Assembly (NCBI GenBank): GCA_040755995.1
Contig: JBFMAF010000010.1
Coordinates: 224,001 to 288,000 of the forward strand
Reading direction: 5' to 3'
From: Acidobacteriota bacterium
GTDB lineage: Bacteria > Acidobacteriota > CAIWXX01
DNA length: 64,000 bases
Shown: in pieces, positions 49,216-58,550 of the stretch
Layout of the letters: each line of letters starts with the position of its first letter
Position numbering within the stretch: the stretch's first letter is position 1
Translations under genes and position numbers: made by a program
Notes under the pieces: generated by a model
Databases searched by the model: none
What the model saw: only the letters and a program-made list of their open reading frames with translations
What the model was told of the DNA's origin: nothing

Positions 49216-49390
49216 GCAGCTGCCGAGGCACATTGTGCTCAGCGGCTTGGTGACTCCCGCGCGATCGGCCGGAGGCGCACGCGCGGGGGAGGCCGCCGGC
49301 CACTGAGCCCGAATGTCTCCGAGCCGCCTTCACAACGACGCCCCGAATGCAGCGATGATGCCGGTGAATTATGGAGACGGCCCTTGAATG

Positions 49391-49422
49391 ATTCTTGACT
49401 AAATAGTATACTTAATTACCAT
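49391..49422 (+). promoter_or_regulatory. AT-rich promoter/operator of the rrf2-mrp operon
   Basis: TTGACT-N16-TACCAT within ATTCTTGACTAAATAGTATACTTAAT, an AT island in GC-rich DNA reminiscent of IscR-type sites. Confidence 0.55.
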
Positions 49423-49439
49423 GACTAGTGAGGTGGGTG

Positions 49440-49910
49440 ATGAGATTCACGGCACAGGAAGAGTATGGGCTGAGATGCGCCCTGCAAATGGCCAAGAAAG
49501 ACGGGGAGAAGCCGCTCACGATCGCGGACCTGGCGAAGCTGGAGGGGCTGACGAGTGCCTACGTCGCCAAGCTGATGCGTGTGATGAGGAAGGGCGAGGT
49601 GGTGGTGAGCGTGCGCGGACAGTCTGGTGGCTACCGTCTGGCGCGCCCGCCGGCACTCATGAGTGTTGCCGATGTGTTGATGGTGCTCGACCGGAGGCTC
49701 TATCAACCATCCTACTGCCGGCAGTTCGCGGGATCGTCCCCGTCCTGCGTCCACATCCGCGACTGCACGATACGGGCCCTCTGGCGGAAGCTCCAGACCA
49801 CCCTCTGGCACACGCTCGAACAGATCACTCTCGCGGATCTCGTGCACGGAGGCGAGAGCGAGATGCTCGTAAGCCTGAGGACGGCGCTCCCCGTGGCGCG
49901 CTGCTCATAG
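49440..49910 (+). CDS. Rrf2 family regulator (IscR/SufR-like Fe-S regulator)
   Basis: EEYGLRC, SVRGQSGGYRLAR, CRQFAGSSPSCVHIRDC. Confidence 0.9.
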   Translation: MRFTAQEEYGLRCALQMAKKDGEKPLTIADLAKLEGLTSAYVAKLMRVMRKGEVVVSVRGQSGGYRLARPPALMSVADVLMVLDRRLYQPSYCRQFAGSSPSCVHIRDCTIRALWRKLQTTLWHTLEQITLADLVHGGESEMLVSLRTALPVARCS

Positions 49911-50052
49911 ACGGCTTCGAGCGCGAGGCTGCGGTGCACGTGCGCGTTGCGCGGGCGGGCCCAGCCGATGCTCTCACACCGACCACACCGGCCGCTCCGT
50001 CAGCACCACAACCCACCCAGAACGGACTGCGGACCGAGTGAGGAGATAAGCC

Positions 50053-51144
50053 ATGACTACACCGACAGTGACCGAAGCGGCAATCCTGGACGCCCTGCGC
50101 AACGTGCAGGATCCGGACCTGCACAAGAACATCGTGGACCTGGGGTTCGTCAAGCACGTCAAGATCGCGGAAAACGGCCGGGTCGCCCTGACAATCGAAC
50201 TGACGACACCAGCATGCCCCGTACGCGACCGGATGCGCGAAGATGCGCGTCGCCTCGTGTCGGCACTACCAGGCGTCAAGGCCGTCGACGTGAAGATGAC
50301 GGCCCAGGTCCGGCAGTCGCACGCGATGTCCAGGGAGATCCTCATCCCGGGTGTGCGCAACATCATCCCCATCGCCAGCGGAAAGGGGGGCGTGGGCAAG
50401 TCAACCGTGGCAGTCAACATGGCATTGGCTCTGTCGAAGATGAGCGCACGAGTGGGCCTGATGGATGCAGACGTATACGGCCCGAGCGTGCCGGGCATCA
50501 TGGGCATCCGGGAGCTGCCGCAACAGATCGGCGACAGGATCATCCCCGTGGTACAGGATGGGGTCAAGGTCATCTCCATGGGATTCTTCCTGCGCGACGA
50601 CCAGGCGGTCATGTGGCGCGGACCGATGCTCGCGAAGATGGTGGAACAGTTCCTCGGGGGCGTAGAATGGGGCGACCTCGACTACCTGATCATCGACCTG
50701 CCTCCCGGCACCGGCGACATCCAGCTCACCCTGTGCCAGCGCATCCCGTTGACCGGCGCCGCGATCGTCTCTACACCGCAGGACGTCGCACTCCGCATCG
50801 CCGAAAAGGCGATCATCATGTTCCGGCAGCTCAACACCCCCATCCTCGGCCTCATCGAAAACATGAGCCACTTCGTCTGCCGCCACTGCGGAACGCGCGA
50901 GGATATCTTCGGCTCCGGCGGGGCGCGAAGGGCCAGCGAACGGCTGGGAATCCCGTTCCTGGGTGAGATCCCGCTCGCCAGCGATATCCGCATCGACACC
51001 GACCGCGGTAATCCGTCGGTCCTGGCCGAGCCGGGCTCCGCCCACGCCCGTTCCTTCATGACTGTCGCCGAGAACCTGGCGGCTCAGGTGAGCGTCGCCA
51101 ACATGCAGCAGGAGCTCTCGGGCGCCGTACAGGTGACGTTCTAG
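50053..51144 (+). CDS. apbC: Mrp/NBP35 Fe-S cluster carrier ATPase with N-terminal DUF59 domain
   Basis: DPDL...LTTPACP, ASGKGGVGKST, WRGPM, DLPPGTGD, ENMSHFVCRHC. Confidence 0.93.
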   Translation: MTTPTVTEAAILDALRNVQDPDLHKNIVDLGFVKHVKIAENGRVALTIELTTPACPVRDRMREDARRLVSALPGVKAVDVKMTAQVRQSHAMSREILIPGVRNIIPIASGKGGVGKSTVAVNMALALSKMSARVGLMDADVYGPSVPGIMGIRELPQQIGDRIIPVVQDGVKVISMGFFLRDDQAVMWRGPMLAKMVEQFLGGVEWGDLDYLIIDLPPGTGDIQLTLCQRIPLTGAAIVSTPQDVALRIAEKAIIMFRQLNTPILGLIENMSHFVCRHCGTREDIFGSGGARRASERLGIPFLGEIPLASDIRIDTDRGNPSVLAEPGSAHARSFMTVAENLAAQVSVANMQQELSGAVQVTF

Positions 51145-51146
51145 CC

Positions 51147-51479
51147 GTGGCCGCCATGATAGCCGCGAAGCCCATCCCGAAGGAGATCGGACGGGCGAAC
51201 ACGCAAGACGTGCGCGTCGTGTGGAACGACGGCCACGTGAGCGTATACGTCGCCCGCGACTTGCGCATGAAGTGCCCATGCGCCCTCTGCATCGAGGAGA
51301 CCAGCGGCGTCCAGGTCCTGACGGACGAGTCGGTCCCCGATGACGTTCACCCGCTCGCAATCACACTGGTGGGCCGCTACGCCATCAGCATAAACTGGAG
51401 CGACGGGCACTCGACAGGCATCTACACCTTCGAAAACCTCCGGCGGCTCTGCCGCTGTGCAGCCTGCTCCTCCCGATAG
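51147..51479 (+). CDS. DUF971 (GBBH-like N-terminal) Fe/Zn-binding protein
   Basis: WNDGH, LRMKCPCALC, VGRYAISINWSDGHSTGIY; alternative ATG at 51156. Confidence 0.88.
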   Translation: MAAMIAAKPIPKEIGRANTQDVRVVWNDGHVSVYVARDLRMKCPCALCIEETSGVQVLTDESVPDDVHPLAITLVGRYAISINWSDGHSTGIYTFENLRRLCRCAACSSR

Positions 51480-51647
51480 CACCCGCGGGCCTGCATAGCG
51501 CGCGCGTTGCCGAGCCGGACGCAGGGGGCCCGGGCCTGTCAGGAGCGCGGCGATAACGGCACGCATGCAAACCGCGCCGGGGCCTTGAGGCTTAATGGAC
51601 GGCCCGGCGGCGCCGATCTGGTGCGCTGGTCGCCATCGAATCGGCCC

Positions 51648-51726
51648 TTGACAAGCAGATTGTACGGGTTGTACTATCGAATCATGGCTGCGCATGGCAG
51701 AATCGGTCAAGCCGAAATCGTACAAT
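51648..51726 (+). promoter_or_regulatory. pdxR-pdxST promoter with MocR-type operator repeats
   Basis: TTGACA-N18-TACTAT; TTGTAC direct repeats at 51660 and 51669; ATTGTACG (51659-51666) has its inverted copy CGTACAAT at 51719-51726. Confidence 0.65.
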
Positions 51727-53171
51727 CGGAACATTCCTCGCCCGCGTACCGGCAGATCAGCCATCACTTCGAAGCACTTGTGCGCAATGGAGAGCTGCGG
51801 CCGGGGGACCGATTGCCGACGGTCAGGGAGGTGGCCCGTCGCACCGGCTTCAACAAGGCGACCGTGTGCCAGGGCTTCGGTGACTTGCAGCGGCGAGGCC
51901 TTGTGGTGAGCCGCCCCGGGCGCGGAACCGTGGTCTCAGATCGACCAGGCGGTTCCGCTGTATTCCCGGTGGCGGAGCGCATCCAGGGGTTGTATCGCAG
52001 TCTCAAGCCGGATTCCGCGCGACGTGATACGCCGTCGCTCTACGACTTCGCGAGTCTCTGGCCCGAACCCGGGCTTTTTCCACTCAGAGCCCTGGGCCGC
52101 ATACTCGAACGGCTCCTGCGGGGCTCCCCTGAGCTGCTCCAGTACGGTCCTGCCCAGGGCTACCGTCCACTGCGCCGGTACCTCGAGGAACGCGCCGGCA
52201 GACTCGGCGTGGGCGAGGGCGAGGTTTTGATTGTCCAGGGATCTCAGCAGGGACTGGACCTCGTCTTTCGCACGTTCCTGAATCCGGGAGAATCGGTTGC
52301 CGTGGAATCGCCCACGTACGCCAACATCCTTCCGCAGATGGCGCTCCACCAGGCCCGCGTCGTCCCCATCCGGATGGAGGCAGATGGTCTCGCGATCGAG
52401 GAGCTGGACGCCGCAACCCGGCGGGACGGGGTAAGGGCGCTGTACTTCATGCCCAACTTCCAGAACCCCACCGGCATCACGATGTCGGAGCGCAAGAGGG
52501 TTCAGCTGGCGCGTTTCGCCGCTTCCTCAGGCCTGCTCGTTGTGGAAGATGACTTCGAGCATGATCTGCATTTCACCGGCCGCACGAAGCGGCCCGTCGC
52601 CGGACGCCATCCCGCGGCCAACGTCATCTACCTTTCGTCCTTCTCCAAGTCTCTGCTTCCGGGACTGCGGCTGGGGTGGATGGTCGTTCCGCGAGCGCTC
52701 GCTCAGCCGATCGTCCTGGCCAAGAAGTACACGGACATCTATACGTCCGTCCTTATCCAGGCGGCCCTTCTCGAATTCTGCCGCAGCGGGCAATACGATC
52801 GGCACGTTCGCCGGCTGCGGCGCGTGTATCACGACAGAACGAAGGCTGCTCGGAGCACGGTGCAGCGCTACATGCCGCGCGGGACGAGTTGCGCGGACCC
52901 GGAAGGCGGCTTCTCGCTCTGGGTGACGCTGCCGGTGGGATACGACGCCGACGCACTGGCGGCAGAGGCAGGGCATCACGGAGTGCATATCACTCCGGGT
53001 TCGATGTTCCACGCGAACGGGCGTGAGGGGGAGAGGTCCTTCCGGCTCTCTCTATCGCTCATGGACGAATCACAGATCGAGGCGGGGATCCGCATCCTCG
53101 GAAAACTCCTGCGAAGGCCTCAGGGACGGGCGAGGAGCGCCGAGGAGCTGCCGGGCACGCTTTGTCTTTGA
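51684..53171 (+). CDS. pdxR: MocR/GabR family PLP-dependent regulator (PdxR-like)
   Basis: GntR wHTH ([18 protein letters not shown]) plus aminotransferase domain ([22 protein letters not shown]); directly upstream of pdxS. Confidence 0.85.
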   Translation: MAAHGRIGQAEIVQSEHSSPAYRQISHHFEALVRNGELRPGDRLPTVREVARRTGFNKATVCQGFGDLQRRGLVVSRPGRGTVVSDRPGGSAVFPVAERIQGLYRSLKPDSARRDTPSLYDFASLWPEPGLFPLRALGRILERLLRGSPELLQYGPAQGYRPLRRYLEERAGRLGVGEGEVLIVQGSQQGLDLVFRTFLNPGESVAVESPTYANILPQMALHQARVVPIRMEADGLAIEELDAATRRDGVRALYFMPNFQNPTGITMSERKRVQLARFAASSGLLVVEDDFEHDLHFTGRTKRPVAGRHPAANVIYLSSFSKSLLPGLRLGWMVVPRALAQPIVLAKKYTDIYTSVLIQAALLEFCRSGQYDRHVRRLRRVYHDRTKAARSTVQRYMPRGTSCADPEGGFSLWVTLPVGYDADALAAEAGHHGVHITPGSMFHANGREGERSFRLSLSLMDESQIEAGIRILGKLLRRPQGRARSAEELPGTLCL

Positions 53172-53185
53172 CAGGAGGATTTTTC

Positions 53186-54067
53186 ATGGAAAACGCAACA
53201 TTGAAACTGAAGACCGGTCTTGCCGAGATGCTCAAGGGCGGAGTGATCATGGACGTGACCGACGCGACCCAGGCGAAAATCGCCGAAGATGCCGGAGCCG
53301 TGTCGGTGATGGCGCTCGAGCGGGTGCCGGCAGACATCCGCGCCGAGGGCGGCATCGCGCGGATGGCCTCGCCCAGGAAGATACGCGAAATCATGGACGG
53401 CGTATCCATTCCGGTGATGGCCAAGTGCCGGATCGGCCACTTCGTGGAAGCCCAGGTGCTCGAAGCTCTCGGCGTCGACTACATCGACGAGAGCGAGGTG
53501 TTGACACCTGCCGACGAGGAACACCATATCGACAAGCACGCTTTCAAGGTCCCGTTCGTCTGCGGGTGCAGGGACCTGGGCGAGGCGCTCCGGCGTATCG
53601 CCGAAGGCGCAGCCATGATCCGCACCAAGGGCGAGGCCGGGAGCGGCAACATCGTCGAGGCCGTGAGGCATCTGCGAAAGGTCCAGCGAGATATGAAGAT
53701 CCTGCACGCGCTCCCCGAAGAGGAGCTGGTGCGGCAGTCCAAGGAAATGGGTGCGCCGTACGAGCTGGTGAAGATGGTCGCGCGCGACGCGAAGCTCCCC
53801 GTGCCGAATTTCGCGGCAGGTGGAGTCGCAACACCGGCCGATGCGGCACTCTGCATGCAGCTCGGCGCGGAGAGCGTCTTCGTCGGCTCGGGCATTTTCA
53901 AGTCCCGTGATCCGGAGAAGCGAGCAAAGGCGATAGTGAAAGCCGTGACGCACTATCGTGATCCCGAGATCCTCCTCCAGGTCTCCGAGGACCTCGGCGA
54001 GCCGATGAAAGGCATCGACGTCGCGAAGCTGGACGAGAAGGACCTGCTCCAGACCCGGGGCTGGTGA
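53186..54067 (+). CDS. pdxS: Pyridoxal 5'-phosphate synthase lyase subunit
   Basis: [52 protein letters not shown] end; AGGAGG RBS. Confidence 0.98.
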   Translation: MENATLKLKTGLAEMLKGGVIMDVTDATQAKIAEDAGAVSVMALERVPADIRAEGGIARMASPRKIREIMDGVSIPVMAKCRIGHFVEAQVLEALGVDYIDESEVLTPADEEHHIDKHAFKVPFVCGCRDLGEALRRIAEGAAMIRTKGEAGSGNIVEAVRHLRKVQRDMKILHALPEEELVRQSKEMGAPYELVKMVARDAKLPVPNFAAGGVATPADAALCMQLGAESVFVGSGIFKSRDPEKRAKAIVKAVTHYRDPEILLQVSEDLGEPMKGIDVAKLDEKDLLQTRGW

Positions 54068-54072
54068 GGACG

Positions 54073-54147
54073 ATTTCAGATCTCAGATTGCAGATTGCAG
54101 ATTTGGGGCACTTGAAATGCGGAATGCGGAGTGCGGAATGCGGAATG
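54073..54147. repeat. Two adjacent heptamer arrays between pdxS and pdxT
   Basis: ATTTCAG ATCTCAG ATTGCAG ATTGCAG (54073-54100), then (AATGCGG) about x4.5 (54116-54147). Confidence 0.9.
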
Positions 54148-54215
54148 GGTGGCGAACCAACGATAGGGGGATGACGCCGACGGAACTGCCCGGGGCCCCA
54201 AGAACCGGTGACGAG

Positions 54216-54797
54216 ATGGTGAGAGTGGGTGTGCTTGCGTTGCAGGGTGATTTCGAGAAACATGCGATTGCCCTGCGTGCGGCGGAGGCCGATGTGATCG
54301 AAGTCCGAATGCCGTCGCAGCTGGATGGCCTCGGTGGGCTCGTGATACCGGGTGGAGAGAGCACGACGTTGCTCAAGCTGATGGAGGGCACGACGTTCTT
54401 CGAGGAGATCCCGCGCTTTCACCGGAGAGGCGGAGCCATTTTCGGAACATGCGCCGGGCTGATCCTGATTGCGAAGCGAGCGAGGAATCCCGAGCAGGCG
54501 TCCCTCGGCCTGCTCGACGTGGATGTCCTCCGCAACGGTTACGGGCGACAAGTGGACAGCTTCGAAACGACCGTACCCGTGCCAAGTCTCGGCGACCCGC
54601 CGCTCCCGATGGTCTTCATCCGCGCGCCGGTCATCGAATGGGTGGGGTCGGCTGTAGAGGTGCTCGCAACGCACGGCGGCCGCCCCGTACTTGTGCGCTC
54701 AGGACGTATCCTGGCGGCGACGTTTCACCCCGAGCTGACAAGCGACCTCCGCGTCCATCGCCTCTTCGCGGCGATGTGCACACGGCGGCCCGGGTGA
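54216..54797 (+). CDS. pdxT: Pyridoxal 5'-phosphate synthase glutaminase subunit
   Basis: GVLALQGDF, PGGESTT, GTCAGLI, RNGYGRQVDSFE, FIRAP, FHPEL. Confidence 0.98.
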   Translation: MVRVGVLALQGDFEKHAIALRAAEADVIEVRMPSQLDGLGGLVIPGGESTTLLKLMEGTTFFEEIPRFHRRGGAIFGTCAGLILIAKRARNPEQASLGLLDVDVLRNGYGRQVDSFETTVPVPSLGDPPLPMVFIRAPVIEWVGSAVEVLATHGGRPVLVRSGRILAATFHPELTSDLRVHRLFAAMCTRRPG

Positions 54798-54906
54798 CAT
54801 TCAGCTCCCGCCGCCGGACATCGCCGAGCGGTCAGCCATCAGGCGGGTCCGGGACGCTCCAAACGTCAGGTTTGACAGGCTTTCCATCCTCGTCTACCCT
54901 GCGCGC

Positions 54907-55935
54907 ATGGATCGTCTTCACGCAGGCTTGGGTTCCGGAGCACACCGCTCGCCGGGCGACCTTCACGACGGTCACCGGCCGAGTGTGGCGCTGCTGATCG
55001 CCGCGGTTCTCATGAGCACCGCCTGTTTGCGGGCCGGTGGCCTCGAACCTTCACGGGCTGTGCGCTGCACGGGGTTGAGACCTGCTTCTAGACCCCCCGG
55101 CTCAGTGAGCCTTTCGCAGGGCACTGACCCGCGTCCAGACGCGCCCGCGCGTCGCCCGATCATGCTGATGGCACATCGCGGGGCGAAGAAGTTCGCCCCC
55201 GAGAACACGCTTGCCGCGATACAGAAGGCGGTCGAGCTGGGAATGGACTTCGCCGAGGTCGACGTGCAGTCGACGCGAGACGGTCACCTGGTCCTCATGC
55301 ACGACCCGGACGTGGACCGCACCACCGACGGCCGGGGTTTCGTCTACGACATGTCGCTGGGTCAGGTGAAGGCACTCGATGCGGGAGCTCGATTCCACGC
55401 GGGCTTCAAAGGGGTGAGGGTGCCGACACTGGAGGAGGCGTTCGACGCGGCGAGAGGACAGATCCAGCTCTGCATTCACTGGAAGGATGCCACGCCGGAG
55501 GCGCTGGCGAGGTCGTTCGAGCAAGCGCATGCTTGGGATTCTGCCGTTGTCCTGGGATCGGCGGGGCAGGTCGCTGCACTCAGGCGGGTGGATCCGCGCA
55601 TCCGAGTCATCACGGATGTGTATAGTTTGACAGCCTTGGAGGCCGTAGTGCAGTTGGAGGACAGGCCCTACGGCGTGTCTCCCAGCCTGAGTTGGCTGAA
55701 TGCCGAGGTGGTTGCGGAGTGCCACGCCGCTGGGATCATCGTCTTTGCGGACTTGCCCGGACCCGTGGAAGATTGTGTGCAGATAGTAACCGCCGTCGAG
55801 ATGGGGGTCGACGTCGTCCAGACTGACGATCCTGACGCCGTGCTGCGGTGCCTGGATGCTCTGGTTGGGCAAGCGGGGATCGTTCGGAAGCAGCCCCTTG
55901 CTGCGAACCCAGCGGGGAGAATACGATGGACTTGA
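54907..55935 (+). CDS. Glycerophosphodiester phosphodiesterase family protein
   Basis: AHRGA...APENTL, EVDVQSTRDG, HDPDVDRTTDG, VPTLEE, QTDDP; TTGACA-N17-TACCCT (54872-54900) just upstream. Confidence 0.9.
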   Translation: MDRLHAGLGSGAHRSPGDLHDGHRPSVALLIAAVLMSTACLRAGGLEPSRAVRCTGLRPASRPPGSVSLSQGTDPRPDAPARRPIMLMAHRGAKKFAPENTLAAIQKAVELGMDFAEVDVQSTRDGHLVLMHDPDVDRTTDGRGFVYDMSLGQVKALDAGARFHAGFKGVRVPTLEEAFDAARGQIQLCIHWKDATPEALARSFEQAHAWDSAVVLGSAGQVAALRRVDPRIRVITDVYSLTALEAVVQLEDRPYGVSPSLSWLNAEVVAECHAAGIIVFADLPGPVEDCVQIVTAVEMGVDVVQTDDPDAVLRCLDALVGQAGIVRKQPLAANPAGRIRWT

Positions 55936-55969
55936 AAGACGCGACACACGACGCGAGGAGGGCGAAGAG

Positions 55970-57346
55970 ATGAGAGCAAAGGGGTGTCTGTTCTCGGTTT
56001 GGATCTGCGCGGCACTGTTCGGCTGCACGGTCGCGTATGCGCAGAAGCCGCTCCTGATTTCGGGTGCGCTTGACGGTCTGAACCAGAGCGTCAAAATCGC
56101 GCTGAACAAGACGGACGGGCGAGGACTCGTAGTCTGGAGCCAGGGCAAGGCAGGCGCGAACTCCTATGGCCGGATCTACGCGGCCGAGCTCACGCCGCAG
56201 TCCGGTGGGTCCTACACCGCGGGCGCTCCCATGCTCATCTCCGCCAACTCAGGTTCCAACCAGCGCCCATCGGTCATGTATCTCTCGAAACTCGGCAAGT
56301 ACCTGATCACCTGGGACACGTCCTTCCGCGACTTGAGGCACTTTCTGGAGTTGGATCCGATTGACGGCCGCCCGTTCCCGCCTTCAGACGTGCTTGCGCG
56401 AACGTACACACCCGCATCAACAGGCGCCACGCAGGGTACCCTCGGCAATCTCCTCAAACTGAACGATACGGAGACCGTGCTTGCGGCAATCCCAGGGGCA
56501 TTTCAGCTGACCTCCAACGTCCTGGAGACCGGTGAGGCCGCGGTCGACAAGGCGTTCATCACGTTCCTGGGCAGCACCGAAGGAGGGGAGGATGGCCATA
56601 ACTGGGCGGCAGGACTCTGGGGAGCCCGCTGTGAGATACAGAAGAAAGGGTCGCCGGATCTCTCAGTCCCCAAGCGTGTGCAGATGTCGTCATGGGACCT
56701 GATCGCAACTGCTCCGTCCGGATTCTCTGCCGGCGGCAAGATCTACGCCGCGGGCATCCGCTTGGATGCGCTGGAATACTATGAGAATGGGCGAGGCGGT
56801 GTGTTCCGGATCAAGCCCGATAGCTTCAAGGTGGAACAGTTCATCACTACGAGTCCCAACTGGGACCCACACAAGAAGGCCCCGCCTCTGAAGACCTACG
56901 GGCAGGTCACCCCGCTGGATGCCCCCGCACAGGAGGCCGATGAAGCGGCATCTGCGGACTTCAGAATTGTGGGATTGTCTAACGTGGATCTGAACATCCT
57001 CGTCTTCTCGAGCGACATGTCGGCCGCGAGCTTTAAGAAAGTGGGCAGCGTCGCCGGGGCGAATACGATCGTGGACCAGAGATTCTTTACGATCACGGAC
57101 ACGCTGAAGGGGACGCGTCAGGTGTACGTGCTGTATCACACGACGAAACAGATGTTCATGTACCGCGCGCTTTCGTCGGCGACCGGGGCCCCCACCGGTG
57201 CCTCCGTCAAGGCCTTGAACAAGATCTCGGGGCCGCTCATCTGGATGGACACGATCGCCGTCGGCAGGGACGTGCTCGTCGTGTACTCGCAGAAGAAGAG
57301 CGACAGCCTGTACGAGGTCTACTTCAACAGGTTCGCCGTTCCCTAA
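55970..57346 (+). CDS. Hypothetical secreted protein (beta-rich)
   Basis: GAGGAGG RBS, signal peptide ending AYA-Q, 458-codon ORF; no family recognised. Confidence 0.75.
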   Translation: MRAKGCLFSVWICAALFGCTVAYAQKPLLISGALDGLNQSVKIALNKTDGRGLVVWSQGKAGANSYGRIYAAELTPQSGGSYTAGAPMLISANSGSNQRPSVMYLSKLGKYLITWDTSFRDLRHFLELDPIDGRPFPPSDVLARTYTPASTGATQGTLGNLLKLNDTETVLAAIPGAFQLTSNVLETGEAAVDKAFITFLGSTEGGEDGHNWAAGLWGARCEIQKKGSPDLSVPKRVQMSSWDLIATAPSGFSAGGKIYAAGIRLDALEYYENGRGGVFRIKPDSFKVEQFITTSPNWDPHKKAPPLKTYGQVTPLDAPAQEADEAASADFRIVGLSNVDLNILVFSSDMSAASFKKVGSVAGANTIVDQRFFTITDTLKGTRQVYVLYHTTKQMFMYRALSSATGAPTGASVKALNKISGPLIWMDTIAVGRDVLVVYSQKKSDSLYEVYFNRFAVP

Positions 57347-57595
57347 GGGGGATATCGGCGCGCGTGCCCTGCCGCAAGACGTGAGACTGACGGCACAGGC
57401 GCAATTCCTTCAGGCCCACACGAGGCCTGAGTCCAAGAGCAGGCGGTCAACCGCGCGACAACGACGTGGGGAAATACTCCCTTGCCCGGCAATCTACGCC
57501 GTTGCTTCCGCCTCCGTCGGCCAGGGCTTGTCGGCATTCTGGAACGTCACATCGGAGGCTCGGAACGCCCTCTGCTGGATATCATGATGAACCAC

Positions 57596-57884
57596 ATGTT
57601 CACAAGAGCAATCCAACTTCCCGCGCGACCGTCCGACTCATTCTTCCTTTGGGGGCCGAGGCAGACCGGCAAGAGCACTCTCCTGCACGCCTTGTATCCC
57701 GGCGCGCATTGGAACGGCCTCTCCTCGTAGCGAATGAGGTCGTCAGTCTTGAGCAGATCGTTCCGTGAAGAGGCGGATCGTCGTCAGCCTCGAGGCCAAG
57801 CGCCGCCGTACCGAGGACGGGATCGACATCCTACCGTTCAAGGATTTCACGGCTGAGCTGTGGTCGGGGAGCTTGCTGGAATGA
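57596..57884 (+). pseudogene. Internally deleted and micro-inverted AAA_14/DUF4143 ATPase
   Basis: 5' part FFLWGPRQTGKSTLL and 3' part RIVVSLEAKRRRTEDGIDILPFKDFTAELWSG match the termini of the intact 8362-9537 protein. Confidence 0.85.
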
Positions 57885-57951
57885 CGAGACGTCTACCCTC
57901 AGTTTGCGAAATCACCGATTTCGCATATGTCTGCTCTAACGCGAGCAGGAG

Positions 57952-58110
57952 GTGAGCCCTGGCGACAACCCGCCTGTCGCCATCCTCCTCTGCATCGAGA
58001 AGAGCCAACTCCTTGTCAGGTACGCCCTCGCCGGAAGGAGCAGTCAGCTCTTCGTCTCGAAGTACCAACTCGCGCTGCCGGACGAAGCGGAGATGCCCGC
58101 CTTCATCGAG
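57952..58110 (+). pseudogene. 3' remnant of DUF1016/YhcG (PDDEXK) family gene
   Basis: DNPPVAILLCIEKSQLLVRYALAGRSSQLFVSKYQLALPDEAEM matches the characteristic YhcG C-terminus. Confidence 0.75.
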
Positions 58111-58550
58111 GTGATTCGGCGTGCCTCCGGCGCCTCGTGCGAGAACTCGATGCGGTAGGTGGCCTCCAGCGAGGGCTCGTGCCAGTGCTGCGCCCATTCG
58201 ATCACGAGCACTGAGGAGGGCGAGACCAGGTCCTCCATCGCGAGCTCCGCGATGGCTTCCTGGTTCTCCAATCGATACAGATCGACATGATGGACGGTCA
58301 AACTGCCGAAGTAGCTCTGGACGAGGGTGAAGGAGGGGCTCGTCACCGAGGCCGGATCGACGCCAAGCGCCGCCGCGAGCCCCTTCACGAACACGGTCTT
58401 GCCGCTGCCGAAATCACCGGAGAGAAATACAACCTCGCCTCCGTGCAGCAGTTGCGCCAGATCTGCGGCAAGCGCCATCGTCTCCGCTTCGGAGCAGCTC
58501 AGGTAGGAATGCGGAATGCGGAATGCGGAATGTGGAATAGAGCTGCTCAA
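58044..58550 (-). CDS. tsaE: tRNA threonylcarbamoyladenosine biosynthesis ATPase TsaE
   Basis: LSGDFGSGKT, VTSPSF, HVDLYRL, IEWA; probable TTG start at 58550 overlapping the nnr stop. Confidence 0.93.
   Translation of the reverse strand: MSSSIPHSAFRIPHSYLSCSEAETMALAADLAQLLHGGEVVFLSGDFGSGKTVFVKGLAAALGVDPASVTSPSFTLVQSYFGSLTVHHVDLYRLENQEAIAELAMEDLVSPSSVLVIEWAQHWHEPSLEATYRIEFSHEAPEARRITSMKAGISASSGSASWYFETKS
58506..58538. repeat. Heptamer array (GGAATGC) about x4.7 inside the 5' end of tsaE
   Basis: GGAATGC x3, GGAATGT, GGAAT; same unit as the array at 54116-54147. Confidence 0.9.
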
